Assembly: GCA_964490895.1 (NCBI GenBank)
Contig: CAZBEI010000065.1
Coordinates: 1,192 to 65,191 of the forward strand
Source: an uncultured Bdellovibrio sp.
GTDB lineage: Bacteria; Bdellovibrionota; UBA1018
Reading direction: 5' to 3'
Length of the DNA: 64,000 bases
The notes under the pieces were generated by a model. It made no database searches and had not been told where the DNA came from. It worked only from the letters and a program-made list of their open reading frames with translations. This document shows positions 43,675 to 53,932 of the stretch, in pieces (the first letter of the stretch is position 1; each line of letters starts with the position of its first letter). Made by a program: the position numbers and the translations under genes.

Positions 43675-45132
43675 TCAGCTTGTCTGGCCGCTTAAATAAG
43701 AAATTACATGGTGTGCCGTGTAAGATTGCTGTCCATGGGGAAGAAATTGCTTTAACTGAAGCAAATCATCCCCTGCAGTAAGAAGAGGTAGCTCTTGATA
43801 ACCATTTTTTTGAATTTGCCCAAGTCCGATGTTTGACATGAGTGCATTACACAAGCACTTCCGACCGACGGTGTCTTCGATCTTGCCGCCCTTGTGAACA
43901 TAGTCGTCAATAGGTTCTGCCGGGCAGCGATAGATCATACTTCCATCTGGACGATTTACGATTTGCCTGAGATAGCCGAGATCACACTTCCGAGAACGTG
44001 CTTGATACAAAGCACTTTCTGACAACGTCCCTTCTAGTGGAGCAATCTTAAACGGAAACCCCGTGGGTGATGCAAAAGGATCAGTAAAGACAGCCTCGGG
44101 TTTGGTAGGATTATTAAAACACCACTTTTCGATCACTGCTTTTCGTAAATGCTCCGACAAACCCGACTCGTTGCAAAACGCAAATGCGGTGCCAACCTGT
44201 ATGCCAGTTGCACCGACACTGAGCGCTTGCTGGAGTTTATCTGGAGATCCAAATGATCCTGCAAGCCAGAATGGAAGACCGATCTTTCGAATTGCCTCCA
44301 AGTCAGCTTCGTCCTTTGCACTGTAAATGGGTTCACCTCGTTCATTGAGTTGCAGAGGTCCTCTAGGTGGGGCGTTATGTCCTCCCGCCAAAGGACCTTC
44401 GATTATGAAACCATCTACCTTACCTGTAGATTTTCGAGCCAGATGTAGAGCTAGTGTAGCTGACGAAATAATCGCTAAAAACTTTGGCCTTATTAAGGAA
44501 GACCGAGCCATTTTTGGAAATACGTGCATCGGATCAAAGCTGATTCGAATGTCTGTGTCAGGATTAGACTCGGCAACTACGATCTTAATCGAGGCTTCAT
44601 TTTGCTCTGAAAATCTGTCCAAGACGCCAGGAATTTCGCGAGGAACACCTGCTCCCATGAGTACGTAATCTACCCCAGCAAGCATTGCACCATAGATACC
44701 AGGAAGATTCGAAGTTTGAAGTTTTTCTAGAAAGTTGATCCCAATAACTCCGTCGTGGCCTTCTTTTGCGAGAAAAACTTCAACAAAACTAGCAACCACA
44801 CTCAACTGCTGTAAAAAAAGAGGTGCACTCACCGAAGGAAGTGGGATCCTCTTATAGCCTTTTCCAAGAGAGCGGCCATTTTGCAGCCAAAAAGAGGAAA
44901 GAACCTGTTCGATAAGAACGCCATCAGGAAAGTGAGCAAGTGCCCGCCGCACGTGTCCTTCGGCGTCACTATCTTGAAGTCTGCGGATCAAAATCGTATT
45001 GATGCCTGTCCCAGATACCACTCCCAGTTGTCCGAGCGTAGAGACGGCCTTTGCTAGTCTCCAATCAGATACTCCGACACCCATGCCTCCTTGAATAATC
45101 AGCGGTAGACTCATATCCTTCCCATAACACAT
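43675..45132 (-). CDS. Nitronate monooxygenase / 2-nitropropane dioxygenase family flavoprotein (long form)
   Basis: N-terminal IIQGGMGVGVS motif and a TIM-barrel FMN-binding pattern. 485 aa. Confidence 0.7.
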   Translation of the reverse strand: MCYGKDMSLPLIIQGGMGVGVSDWRLAKAVSTLGQLGVVSGTGINTILIRRLQDSDAEGHVRRALAHFPDGVLIEQVLSSFWLQNGRSLGKGYKRIPLPSVSAPLFLQQLSVVASFVEVFLAKEGHDGVIGINFLEKLQTSNLPGIYGAMLAGVDYVLMGAGVPREIPGVLDRFSEQNEASIKIVVAESNPDTDIRISFDPMHVFPKMARSSLIRPKFLAIISSATLALHLARKSTGKVDGFIIEGPLAGGHNAPPRGPLQLNERGEPIYSAKDEADLEAIRKIGLPFWLAGSFGSPDKLQQALSVGATGIQVGTAFAFCNESGLSEHLRKAVIEKWCFNNPTKPEAVFTDPFASPTGFPFKIAPLEGTLSESALYQARSRKCDLGYLRQIVNRPDGSMIYRCPAEPIDDYVHKGGKIEDTVGRKCLCNALMSNIGLGQIQKNGYQELPLLTAGDDLLQLKQFLPHGQQSYTAHHVISYLSGQTS

Positions 45133-45252
45133 TTTTACCCACTCAAGGGTTCAAAATTGAGAGATTCCACCATCCCGCGGATGCTGAAATTTGGGTTTGG
45201 TTTTCCGAAGGAGCCGAGCCTAGCCATCGCTAAAACTGAAAAACATTAGTAG

Positions 45253-45627
45253 TCAAGCACAGCATGAAGGCTCTTCTGCTGAAGCACTTTGCCCAGATAC
45301 CGCTTCTTTATATGCTTTAAATGCTTTAATAGCCCACATTTCACCCACACAGCCACCCATAGTAGAGGCAATAGCTAAAAACTCACCAAGTTCTATTTCT
45401 GTAGTGCCAACTGCTACTGCGCGATGGATATAGTATTTAAAACATGGCTCACATCGAGCCGAGATAGCCCAAACCATCGCAGTGAGAATTTTAAATTTCT
45501 GAGGTACCTCACCATCTGAAAAGATTGCCTTCTTCCTCATTTGATCAATCAGTGCTGGGATTCCACTTGTGATTTTAGAAAAGTCCTTCATTAAGTTTAA
45601 GGCAGGATCAATTTTATTATAATCCAT
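45253..45627 (-). CDS. Carboxymuconolactone decarboxylase (CMD/AhpD-like) family protein
   Basis: 124 aa. CEPC redox motif. Last gene of the mer-like operon. Confidence 0.65.
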   Translation of the reverse strand: MDYNKIDPALNLMKDFSKITSGIPALIDQMRKKAIFSDGEVPQKFKILTAMVWAISARCEPCFKYYIHRAVAVGTTEIELGEFLAIASTMGGCVGEMWAIKAFKAYKEAVSGQSASAEEPSCCA

Positions 45628-45637
45628 AAGTCCTCCA

Positions 45638-45931
45638 TTAGTTTTCTATTTTTTTGCATTCTTGAGACGTTGCTTTATATCCCACATCGTTAATTGCTTT
45701 CTTAATAGCTTCTGCATTCGTTTGTGCGGGATCAAATTGAACAACTGCATTTTTCTTTTCAACAAAGACTTTGGCTACTTCAACGCCCTTAATCTTCTTC
45801 ACGGCAGCTTTCACCGTGATGCCACAGGTAGCGCAGGTCATCCCTTGTACATTATAACAAGCCTGCTCTGCCCTGGCTAAGCTTGCTACGTTGAGCATGC
45901 TTATAAAAACCAAGTATATTATTTTTCTCAT
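45638..45931 (-). CDS. merP: Periplasmic heavy-metal-binding protein, MerP-like (signal peptide + HMA domain)
   Basis: Start at MRKIIYLVF with RBS AAGGAGGGAG. GMTCATCGITV metal-binding loop. The track ORF extends upstream to 46012. Confidence 0.65.
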   Translation of the reverse strand: MRKIIYLVFISMLNVASLARAEQACYNVQGMTCATCGITVKAAVKKIKGVEVAKVFVEKKNAVVQFDPAQTNAEAIKKAINDVGYKATSQECKKIEN

Positions 45932-45942
45932 TTCTCCCTCCT

Positions 45943-46299
45943 TTAGGAAAAAAACCAGACAACCCACTGTGGGGAGGTTATTCCCAAGACAGCAACTGAA
46001 ACTCCAATCCAATAAAATATAACCATCTTTCTATATTTTTTGGGATCGGCACAAATGGACCCTGGTTCACAACTGTTACGTCTTCGATAAAGTGTAAAAC
46101 CAGCAACTCCAAAAAGCACTAAGACTAAAATTAACATGGGTACGCGGATCACATCAAATTTTGCCAGAGCTGCTGCACCAGATACTCCAAGAATTGTCAA
46201 AATGAGAGGACCTACACAACATAAAGGGACTAGCATAGAAGCAATAATTCCAGTTGTCACAAGCCATCCAGATTTATTTCCGACTTTGCTCTTGTTCAT
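45943..46299 (-). CDS. merT: MerT-like metal transport membrane protein
   Basis: TM1 Cys pair LVPLCCVGPL and cytoplasmic loop Cys pair SCEPGSIC as in MerT. About 118 aa from MNKSKVG. Confidence 0.6.
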   Translation of the reverse strand: MNKSKVGNKSGWLVTTGIIASMLVPLCCVGPLILTILGVSGAAALAKFDVIRVPMLILVLVLFGVAGFTLYRRRNSCEPGSICADPKKYRKMVIFYWIGVSVAVLGITSPQWVVWFFS

Positions 46300-46568
46300 C
46301 TCGTTCCAACTCCCGCTGCTCGCAGTTCCTTTTCGCTCACGGTACCACTTATACAGCAATCAAGAAGTCTACCGTCTACAACGATAGCAGGAACTTTTGT
46401 AATGCCATATTTTTTTGCTTTATCTCTACACTCATTGGTGGCACATCCAGCATTAAGGTCGTAGATTACGACATTGCATGATGAACATGCTATTTTTTTA
46501 ACTAGGGCCACAACGGGCTCACAAACCGGACAGCCAGAAGTGAAAACCTCAATTTTTCTATTAGCCAT
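46296..46568 (-). CDS. Thioredoxin/glutaredoxin-like small redox protein
   Basis: 90 aa. N-terminal CPVC motif. First gene after the merR-divergent promoter. Confidence 0.55.
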   Translation of the reverse strand: MANRKIEVFTSGCPVCEPVVALVKKIACSSCNVVIYDLNAGCATNECRDKAKKYGITKVPAIVVDGRLLDCCISGTVSEKELRAAGVGTR

Positions 46569-46674
46569 AATTTAGGACTCCTTCTATCATCAGCTTAACC
46601 CCTATACCCAAGTATAGGGTCAATAGAAATTATTTTCTTGGCCTTGTACCTATATATAGGGTTAGAATATAAGC

Positions 46675-47088
46675 ATGAGAAACGGTGTGTCTAAAACTTT
46701 AACTATTGGTCAACTAGCGAAGGCTGCTGATGTTAACATTCAAACCGTTCGTTTTTATGAAAGAAAAGGAATTTTAAAACCCCAAACACGACTAGAATCA
46801 GGCTATCGTATTTACAACGAAGACAGTCTTAGACGTCTTCGTTTTATTCGTCACGCAAAGGATTTGGGTTTTAGTCTTAATGAGATTCAAAGTCTCCTCA
46901 ATCTCAGGGTGCGTTCAGTAGAAAGTTGCAATCAAGTTAAATTGAAGGCTGAGCAAAAGCTGAAAGATGTTCAGCAAAAGATCGTCCAACTCAGAACGTT
47001 AGAACGAACCCTCAAGGGTCTCGTTTCTGATTGTGAAAATCGTGTCGTTTCAGACTGTTGCCCAATAATTAAAAAAATGGAAATCTAA
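46675..47088 (+). CDS. MerR-family metal-responsive transcriptional regulator
   Basis: N-terminal HTH (LTIGQLAKAADVNIQTVRFYERKGIL), coiled coil, and C-terminal Cys cluster CENRVVSDCCPI. Confidence 0.8.
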   Translation: MRNGVSKTLTIGQLAKAADVNIQTVRFYERKGILKPQTRLESGYRIYNEDSLRRLRFIRHAKDLGFSLNEIQSLLNLRVRSVESCNQVKLKAEQKLKDVQQKIVQLRTLERTLKGLVSDCENRVVSDCCPIIKKMEI

Positions 47089-47262
47089 ACTATTCTGTTA
47101 AAGCTTGTTTCGGGGGCCATTGCCGCCACAGCTTTAGTGTTTTCATACAGCAATTTTGAAGGGTTCCCAAATGCTCCATGTAAGGCTGGCTAATCTTGAA
47201 AAATATAAAAAAATGACGGTAGAGCAGGTTTGTAATATATTTACTATATTCATATTGTTTAT

Positions 47263-50200
47263 TTAATTAGCCCTTGGCATCACTACCGAAGAAGAGGGAA
47301 CTACAGTTCCCTCTTTCATTTCAAACTTCCACTTCCAGATAAAGTAGATCGCTGGGTACACAAGAAGTTCTAGAGCGAAACTCGTTACGAGCCCTCCCAC
47401 CATGGGGGCAGCAATACGTCTCATCACGTCGCTGCCTGCTCCTGCAGCCCACATAATGGGTAGTAACCCCATAAATGCTGCCATGACCGTCATCATCTTT
47501 GGGCGTATCCTCTTGACGGCACCGTGTATGATAGCGTCACAGAGGTCTTCTTTTGTTTTCATTTGCCCAGCCTTAACTTTTTCTTCGTAAGCCAGATCGA
47601 GATAAAGGAGCATAAAGACTCCTGTCTCAGCATCCAAACCCATCAGAGCAATCATGCCCACCCATACGGCAATCGAAATATTGTATCCAAGCAAAAAAAG
47701 AAGCCACACACTCCCAATAACAGAAAAAGGTACCGCGAGCATTACAATGCCAGTTTTTATAATAGATTTTGTATTCATGTAGAGCAAAAGAGCAATCAGA
47801 AAAAGAGTCAGAGGTATGACAACCTTGAGGCGCTCCTTTACGCGAATCATATTTTCGAACTGTCCGCTCCAGACGAGATTATATCCTGTGGGCACTTTTA
47901 CTTTTTGTTCGACAACTTGCTTAGCTTCTTCTACATAACCGCCGATGTCTCTCCCAGCCATATCAACATAGACAAAACCAGCAAGAAGTCCGTTTTCGTT
48001 TCTGATCATCGATGGCCCTTCGACCATCTTAATGTCTGCAATCTGAGCCATTGGGATTTGAACTCCATTTGCTGCAGGAACAAGAACCCGCTTAAGTGCG
48101 TTGATATTATCTCTGAATTCTCTGGCGTATCGAATATTGATAGGATATCGCTCTCGACCCTCTATGGTTGAGGTGATGTTTTCACCTCCAACGGCAGAAC
48201 TGATAACCATTTGAGCTTCGTTGACAGAAATGCCGTATCTCGCAAGCTCATCACGATTTAAAACAAAATCTAAATAATATCCCCCTGCGGCTCTCTCAGC
48301 ATAAACGTTTCGAGTTCCACGAATCCCTCTGACCGCGGCTTCAATTTGTTCACTGGTGGCTTGTATGACTTTAAGATCAGGTCCCATGACTTTAATGCCG
48401 ATCGGGGTTCTGATTCCTGTAGAGAGCATGTCGATGCGGTTTTTGATGGGCATTGTCCAAATATTAGGGATTCCCGCAAATTTTAGTTTTTCATTCATTT
48501 CATTCTGGAGCTCATCAAATGTTTTATGAGGTGGAGTAGTCCAAGAAAAGAGTGGATACATAAATTGAGGGAGCCACGTGTACCATCGCTTGACGTGAGG
48601 CCATTCTGCTACAGGCTTCAGAACAACAGTCGTTTCGACCATCGAAAAAGGAGCAGGATCTGTAGGTGTTTCAGCACGTCCTGCTTTACCAAAAACACTT
48701 TTGACTTCTCCAAATTCTTTAATGAGCTTGTCTTGAATTTGCAAAATACGCTCGGCTTCTGTAACAGACATTCCGGGAAATGCTGTTGGCATATAAAGAA
48801 AAGCTCCCTCATTGAGAGGCGGCATGAACTCTGAGCCTAACTTCATGTAAATTGGTATCGTGGACAAAACTAGAATCACTGCTGCGGTAATTACTTGTTT
48901 GGGATACTTGAGAACAAAGTGAACTGCCGGTTCATAATATTTGAAAAGAACCCGGCTAATAGGATGCTTTTCTTCGGGGTAGTATTTGCCAACGAGGATC
49001 TGATTACCCAGCCAAATGATTTTTTTTCTTAAAAATTCGACCTGGTGATAAAACTTTGGGAGAACTCTAGTCAATGGTGAGTAGACAAAATAATCCATTC
49101 TTGTGAACATCATGCGAAGGGCAGGGTCAACCGTTACGGCAAGAAGAGCTGCTAAAGCCATTGCCAAAGTTTTTGAAAAAGCAAGCGGAGTAAAGAGTCT
49201 TCCCTCTTGATCTACCAAAGTAAAAACAGGCAAAAACGAAACAGCGATAACAAGGAGAGAAAAAAATACAGAGGGCCCTACTTGTTTAAGAGCATTTAAG
49301 CGAACTTCGTGAAAATCGCCCTTTCTTCCTGTAGAATTCCACTCCTCAAGTTTCTTATAAGCATTTTCGACTTCCACTATGGCCCCATCCACCAAAACAC
49401 CAATAGAAATAGCAATTCCAGCCAAAGACATGATGTTAGTCGTAAGCCCCAAGAAGTACATGGGGATAAAGGCTAGGAAAACTGAAATCGGAATGGTAAC
49501 AATAGGGACTGTTGCCGAAGGGATATGCCACAAAAAAAGAAGTATGACAAAGCTCACAATGATTACCTCAAGCTTTAGTTCATGCTTGAGAGTGTCGATG
49601 GCTCTTGTGATCAGATCAGAACGGTCATAGACAGGAACGATTTTTAATCCCGGAGGAAGACTTGGTTTTATTTCTTCGAGTTTTTCTTTTACTCGATTGA
49701 TAACATTAAGAGCATTTTCTCCTTGGCGCATGACAACGATGCCACCAACAGCGTCTCCCATCCCATTGAGATCAGTGACACCTCTCCTGATATCAGGACC
49801 TAGTTCCACGTTGGCTAAGTGTTTAACCAGTATAGGAACACCTGTTTTGGGATCATGTCCCACTACGACTTTTTCAATATCACTTTTTTGCTTAATATAT
49901 CCACGGCCACGAACCATGTATTCGGTGCCAGCAAATTCGAGCACCCTTCCACCCGTATCGCTATTGCCCTTTCGGACGGAGTCCACAAGCTGTGTGAGAG
50001 TCATCCCATAAGAAATAAGACGGTTGGGATCTACGTTAATTTGGTACTGTTTTACAAATCCTCCCACAGAGGCCACCTCCGCAACTCCGGGAACAGATTG
50101 CAGGTGGAATTTTAGCTGCCAATCTTGGATACTTTTCATTTGAGCAAGATTGAGATGATCTGACTCATCAATAAGGGCGTATTGGTAGACCCAACCCACA

Positions 50201-50601
50201 CTTGTGGCATCAGGGCCAATTTCTGTTTTGACCCCTTCGGGAAGTCTTGGCAGGATTTTACTTAGATATTCTATAACGCGTGACCTTGCCCAATAGAGAT
50301 CAGTTCTGTCTTCAAAAATAACATAGACATAGGAGTATCCAAAATCTGATAACCCTCGAACAGTTTTTATTTTTGGTGCGCCCAAAAGAGCTGTAACAAT
50401 GGGATAAGTGACTTGATCTTCGAGTATGTCTGGTGACCTATCCCATCTTGAATAAATAATGACCTGCGTATCAGATAAATCTGGAATCGCATCCAGAGGG
50501 ATATGTCTCACACACCACCACGCTCCTACCATGGCTACACCAGTGAGGATAAAAACGAGCAATTTATTTTTTGCACTCCACTCAATGAGGTTTTCAATCA
50601 T
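47263..50601 (-). CDS. cusA: Heavy-metal efflux RND transporter, CusA/CzcA family
   Basis: 1112 aa, 12 TM helices, two large periplasmic loops. HME-RND family. Confidence 0.9.
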   Translation of the reverse strand: MIENLIEWSAKNKLLVFILTGVAMVGAWWCVRHIPLDAIPDLSDTQVIIYSRWDRSPDILEDQVTYPIVTALLGAPKIKTVRGLSDFGYSYVYVIFEDRTDLYWARSRVIEYLSKILPRLPEGVKTEIGPDATSVGWVYQYALIDESDHLNLAQMKSIQDWQLKFHLQSVPGVAEVASVGGFVKQYQINVDPNRLISYGMTLTQLVDSVRKGNSDTGGRVLEFAGTEYMVRGRGYIKQKSDIEKVVVGHDPKTGVPILVKHLANVELGPDIRRGVTDLNGMGDAVGGIVVMRQGENALNVINRVKEKLEEIKPSLPPGLKIVPVYDRSDLITRAIDTLKHELKLEVIIVSFVILLFLWHIPSATVPIVTIPISVFLAFIPMYFLGLTTNIMSLAGIAISIGVLVDGAIVEVENAYKKLEEWNSTGRKGDFHEVRLNALKQVGPSVFFSLLVIAVSFLPVFTLVDQEGRLFTPLAFSKTLAMALAALLAVTVDPALRMMFTRMDYFVYSPLTRVLPKFYHQVEFLRKKIIWLGNQILVGKYYPEEKHPISRVLFKYYEPAVHFVLKYPKQVITAAVILVLSTIPIYMKLGSEFMPPLNEGAFLYMPTAFPGMSVTEAERILQIQDKLIKEFGEVKSVFGKAGRAETPTDPAPFSMVETTVVLKPVAEWPHVKRWYTWLPQFMYPLFSWTTPPHKTFDELQNEMNEKLKFAGIPNIWTMPIKNRIDMLSTGIRTPIGIKVMGPDLKVIQATSEQIEAAVRGIRGTRNVYAERAAGGYYLDFVLNRDELARYGISVNEAQMVISSAVGGENITSTIEGRERYPINIRYAREFRDNINALKRVLVPAANGVQIPMAQIADIKMVEGPSMIRNENGLLAGFVYVDMAGRDIGGYVEEAKQVVEQKVKVPTGYNLVWSGQFENMIRVKERLKVVIPLTLFLIALLLYMNTKSIIKTGIVMLAVPFSVIGSVWLLFLLGYNISIAVWVGMIALMGLDAETGVFMLLYLDLAYEEKVKAGQMKTKEDLCDAIIHGAVKRIRPKMMTVMAAFMGLLPIMWAAGAGSDVMRRIAAPMVGGLVTSFALELLVYPAIYFIWKWKFEMKEGTVVPSSSVVMPRAN

Positions 50602-51806
50602 TTTAGTTTTTGCAGTACCCCACGTAATTTTGATTCAGAATCAATGAGAAAATTGGCCGATGTGACAACCACATCACTCTCCTTAAGCCCTGAGAGTACT
50701 TCGTAATAATCATCTGTTCTAACGCCAACTTTTATGGGCTGGGGCTCGAAACGTCCCTTGTCATTGACAAGAAAAACAAAAGATTGTTGTTCAGAATGCA
50801 TCACTGAGTTTTCAGGCACTACAAGTCGTTTACCTAAATCCACTTTGATCCTGACATTCAAGAAGGTATCTGGCCTGAGCAGACCTTCTGTGTCGGGAAC
50901 TAGGGCTCTGAGACGAACAGTTCTTGTTGGAGAATTTACAACCGGGCTTATGCTTGAGATTTTACCGTGAAATGTTTTACCGGGAATGGATGGGGACTCG
51001 GCCTCTACTTCTGCCGAAGCACTTAGCCCCGCGACTTCATATTCGAAAACTTCTGCGTATACCCACACAGAACCGCTGGGTAAAAGCAGGTTGAGTGAAT
51101 TACTCCCTCCCTTCGAAAGACCACGGATTTGAGTGTCTCCTAACCCCAGCAGCCGGAGCTTTGTTTTAGCAGATGTGATGAGTTCATTGGCTTGCTTTTG
51201 CAGTCCAGGATAAGAATTTCCCTCCATCTGAGACCTTGCAGTCACAGCCTGTTGATATTCTTCGATTGCTATGTATAAATCAGGATCAAAAGCAACTCGC
51301 CCGCTAGCCTTTACCTCACGATTTAATTGCTTAAACTCCACTTTTGCTTTTGTTACACCAATGAGCTGCTGTCTTTCGGATGATAATGTAAAACTCCCTC
51401 GGCCCTCCACTTGAGTTGATCCATTTTCCTCAACCTCGTCCGAATAGACAGCTACATAATCCATTCCCATATTGTCCTTAGTTGGTGCGGGCGAAGTAAC
51501 TTTTGGATCCATAGGATTTCTGTAATAGAGAACCTTTCTTTCGTTTTTGTCAGAAGGTTTGTCAGAAGGTTTGTCAGAAGGTGTGTCAGCTGTGGCCCCA
51601 TCGTCTACTTTTTGTAAATCCATGTGACAAACTGGGCATTGATCTGGATGATCCGAAATTACCGAAGGATGCATGGGGCAACTGTAAACTGTTTTTGGAG
51701 CTCTTCCGTGTCCAGCTGACTCCTGGAATTTTTTTTTGGCAATGATATAACCACCCATACCAAAAACAAGGGCAAAGGACGTACATAAAGCCAAAATTTT
51801 TTTCAT
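50598..51806 (-). CDS. cusB: RND efflux periplasmic adaptor (CusB/CzcB-like) with N-terminal metal-binding CPMHP..CPVCHM motif
   Basis: Signal/TM anchor, a YSCPMHPSV....CPVCHMDL finger-like motif, beta-barrel/lipoyl membrane-fusion-protein domains. Contains a (PSDK)x3 repeat. Confidence 0.8.
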   Translation of the reverse strand: MKKILALCTSFALVFGMGGYIIAKKKFQESAGHGRAPKTVYSCPMHPSVISDHPDQCPVCHMDLQKVDDGATADTPSDKPSDKPSDKNERKVLYYRNPMDPKVTSPAPTKDNMGMDYVAVYSDEVEENGSTQVEGRGSFTLSSERQQLIGVTKAKVEFKQLNREVKASGRVAFDPDLYIAIEEYQQAVTARSQMEGNSYPGLQKQANELITSAKTKLRLLGLGDTQIRGLSKGGSNSLNLLLPSGSVWVYAEVFEYEVAGLSASAEVEAESPSIPGKTFHGKISSISPVVNSPTRTVRLRALVPDTEGLLRPDTFLNVRIKVDLGKRLVVPENSVMHSEQQSFVFLVNDKGRFEPQPIKVGVRTDDYYEVLSGLKESDVVVTSANFLIDSESKLRGVLQKLK

Positions 51807-53122
51807 TTTAGACTCTCTCCTAGTGGCTCGCCCAACAAGGCTTCTAGTTCAGCAATTTTAGATTCATAGTTTACCAGTGCTTCGTAATAGGACAACTCTG
51901 TTTGAAAACGAGTTTTTATGAGATTAAGGAGAGACGCATACTCAATTTTACCTGTAGAATAAGCTAATTTGCCACTCTGTGTAGACTGCTCAGCAAGGGG
52001 TAGCAGTCCCCCACCAAATAAACTCAGTCGTTTGTTAGCTTCTTGTAGTTCTGAAAAAATCGTGTGAACGCTATGAAGAATATGGTTTCTTTCTTCGTTT
52101 AACAGGGCGTCAGACTTTGCTTCTTGAGCTCTTGCGCCTTTAACCTCCTCTGATTGCTTGCTAAAGGTCCAAATAGGAAGTGACATAAAAACTCCACCTG
52201 AGACAAGACTTACACCTCGATCACCAGGACTTGGCTGTCTCTTTGTGTAGGAAACTTTGAATTCAAAATCAGGAAGATAGTTCCACTTTGCATAAGAGAG
52301 TTTAGTTTCAGCAGACTCAAGCAGAGCTCTCGCTGATTTGATACTAGGATTTTTAGAAATAATTTTTTCTGCTAAAATTTTCTCATTTATTGCTGAAAAA
52401 TTAATGGAGGTTTTTTTGATTTCTTCAGGTTTACCAATTTCATGATGACTGGGTCTTCCTAAGATATGATTTAAATCCCCGGTTTTAGTTTGAATCAGTC
52501 TTTCAGCACTAAACAAATGATCTGTAAACGCGGCCTCCTCAAGCTGTACACTGAGAAGCTCAGCTAGAGTGATTTTGCCAAGAGAATTTCGACTGCGAGT
52601 CACTGCAACCATCTGTTTCATCACTCCCAATTGTTCGTGAGTGATGTCTTCCCTTTTATATGCTAAAAATAACTCATAGTAGGCAAGCCGCACATCTTTA
52701 ATGAGTTGCAATTGTTGATTATTAAAATTTTCTTTTTTGGAGTTGTATTCGTGGGTTGTGGCTCTGCTCAACTTTGTGAGCTTTCCCGGAAATGGTATTT
52801 TCTGAGTAATACTCAGCTGGTTCCCAGTCATTCCAAACTCTCTTGAACTCAAAGTATCGGCTGGATAATTCATTGCCTCAAATCCAATCATTGGATCCTC
52901 ATAAGCACCTCTCGGCCCTATCTCCGCTTCCTTGGAAAGAGCTTCATATTTTGATGCCTTAAGTAGTAGATTATTATCTAAAGCTTCTTGAATAACGTCT
53001 TTGAGTCTTATAGAGTCTTGGGCCAGGCCTTTGACCGATGGTAAAGCAGCCCCAAAAAGAAAACAACCAAAAAGAAAACAATAAGATAGCCAAAATAAAT
53101 TAAACCGGGTGTTAAATACCAT
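51803..53122 (-). CDS. cusC: Outer-membrane efflux protein (TolC/CusC family)
   Basis: 439 aa, signal peptide, two coiled-coil repeats. Overlaps cusB by 4 nt. Confidence 0.8.
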   Translation of the reverse strand: MVFNTRFNLFWLSYCFLFGCFLFGAALPSVKGLAQDSIRLKDVIQEALDNNLLLKASKYEALSKEAEIGPRGAYEDPMIGFEAMNYPADTLSSREFGMTGNQLSITQKIPFPGKLTKLSRATTHEYNSKKENFNNQQLQLIKDVRLAYYELFLAYKREDITHEQLGVMKQMVAVTRSRNSLGKITLAELLSVQLEEAAFTDHLFSAERLIQTKTGDLNHILGRPSHHEIGKPEEIKKTSINFSAINEKILAEKIISKNPSIKSARALLESAETKLSYAKWNYLPDFEFKVSYTKRQPSPGDRGVSLVSGGVFMSLPIWTFSKQSEEVKGARAQEAKSDALLNEERNHILHSVHTIFSELQEANKRLSLFGGGLLPLAEQSTQSGKLAYSTGKIEYASLLNLIKTRFQTELSYYEALVNYESKIAELEALLGEPLGESLK

Positions 53123-53227
53123 GTTTTACATCTTTCCCCGTTAATTAATACGCGCCACTATACATTTTTGTGACATTCAAACTTAAATTTTGTCATATCT
53201 AAAACCTGTAATATTCCTGGCGTCACA

Positions 53228-53932
53228 CTACAAACTAGTCACAATACCTAGCAAAAAAGAATGACCAGAGAAATTCTCGCCAGTGACTGGAGAAAATATG
53301 TGACGATAATCAACCATCAATTGAGTTTTATCCGTACCCATCCAAGCAAGGTTATGGCGGATACCGAGCGTCGCATGATAAGCCAACGAACCTCCTCGTC
53401 TCTGAGCTCCGTCAAGGTCTGAAGACTGTAAATAGGTGTAATATCCCACCCCAAGTTCAACGACTGGCATCGCCCATTTCATTATTGGAGCATAGTCTCC
53501 CAAGTAGACTAACCCAAAAGTCAGCGGTAACAGTGAGAGCCGACTGGGGCCTGCGGGTATGCCATCTGCGAAGCTTGCGTTGCCTATGTGTGAACTGTAA
53601 CCCAAGTCTACCCGTACACCCCAGCTTCCGAGAAATGTAATCGGAGTCGTTTCCCAGCCGATTTCTAAAGCAAACGCGGAATCATTTTTAGGATAATAAA
53701 AATTATAAGCGTCTCCAGTTAAGGTTGTTCCATTGAGCGATCTTGTTCCGATTTGAAATTGTAAGGTAGAAAAATGACTTGAGTCAGCTGAGGACAATTG
53801 CTCTAGGTAAACGACGTTTTGAGAGGACTTCGAAGCTCCTGGATCTAGAAGTAGGGGCAATTTTTCATTCCCAGCAGCCAATGACCCAGCAGCCGATAGA
53901 GCAACAAAACTCATTACGAGAACCCGATTCAC
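53228..53932 (-). CDS. Small outer-membrane beta-barrel protein
   Basis: Signal peptide, eight or more amphipathic strands, aromatic-rich C-terminus. Confidence 0.45.
   Translation of the reverse strand: MNRVLVMSFVALSAAGSLAAGNEKLPLLLDPGASKSSQNVVYLEQLSSADSSHFSTLQFQIGTRSLNGTTLTGDAYNFYYPKNDSAFALEIGWETTPITFLGSWGVRVDLGYSSHIGNASFADGIPAGPSRLSLLPLTFGLVYLGDYAPIMKWAMPVVELGVGYYTYLQSSDLDGAQRRGGSLAYHATLGIRHNLAWMGTDKTQLMVDYRHIFSPVTGENFSGHSFLLGIVTSL

Noticed and set aside
47524-48171. 215-aa plus-strand ORF
   Set aside because: Entirely antisense within the cusA/czcA gene, with low-complexity translation.
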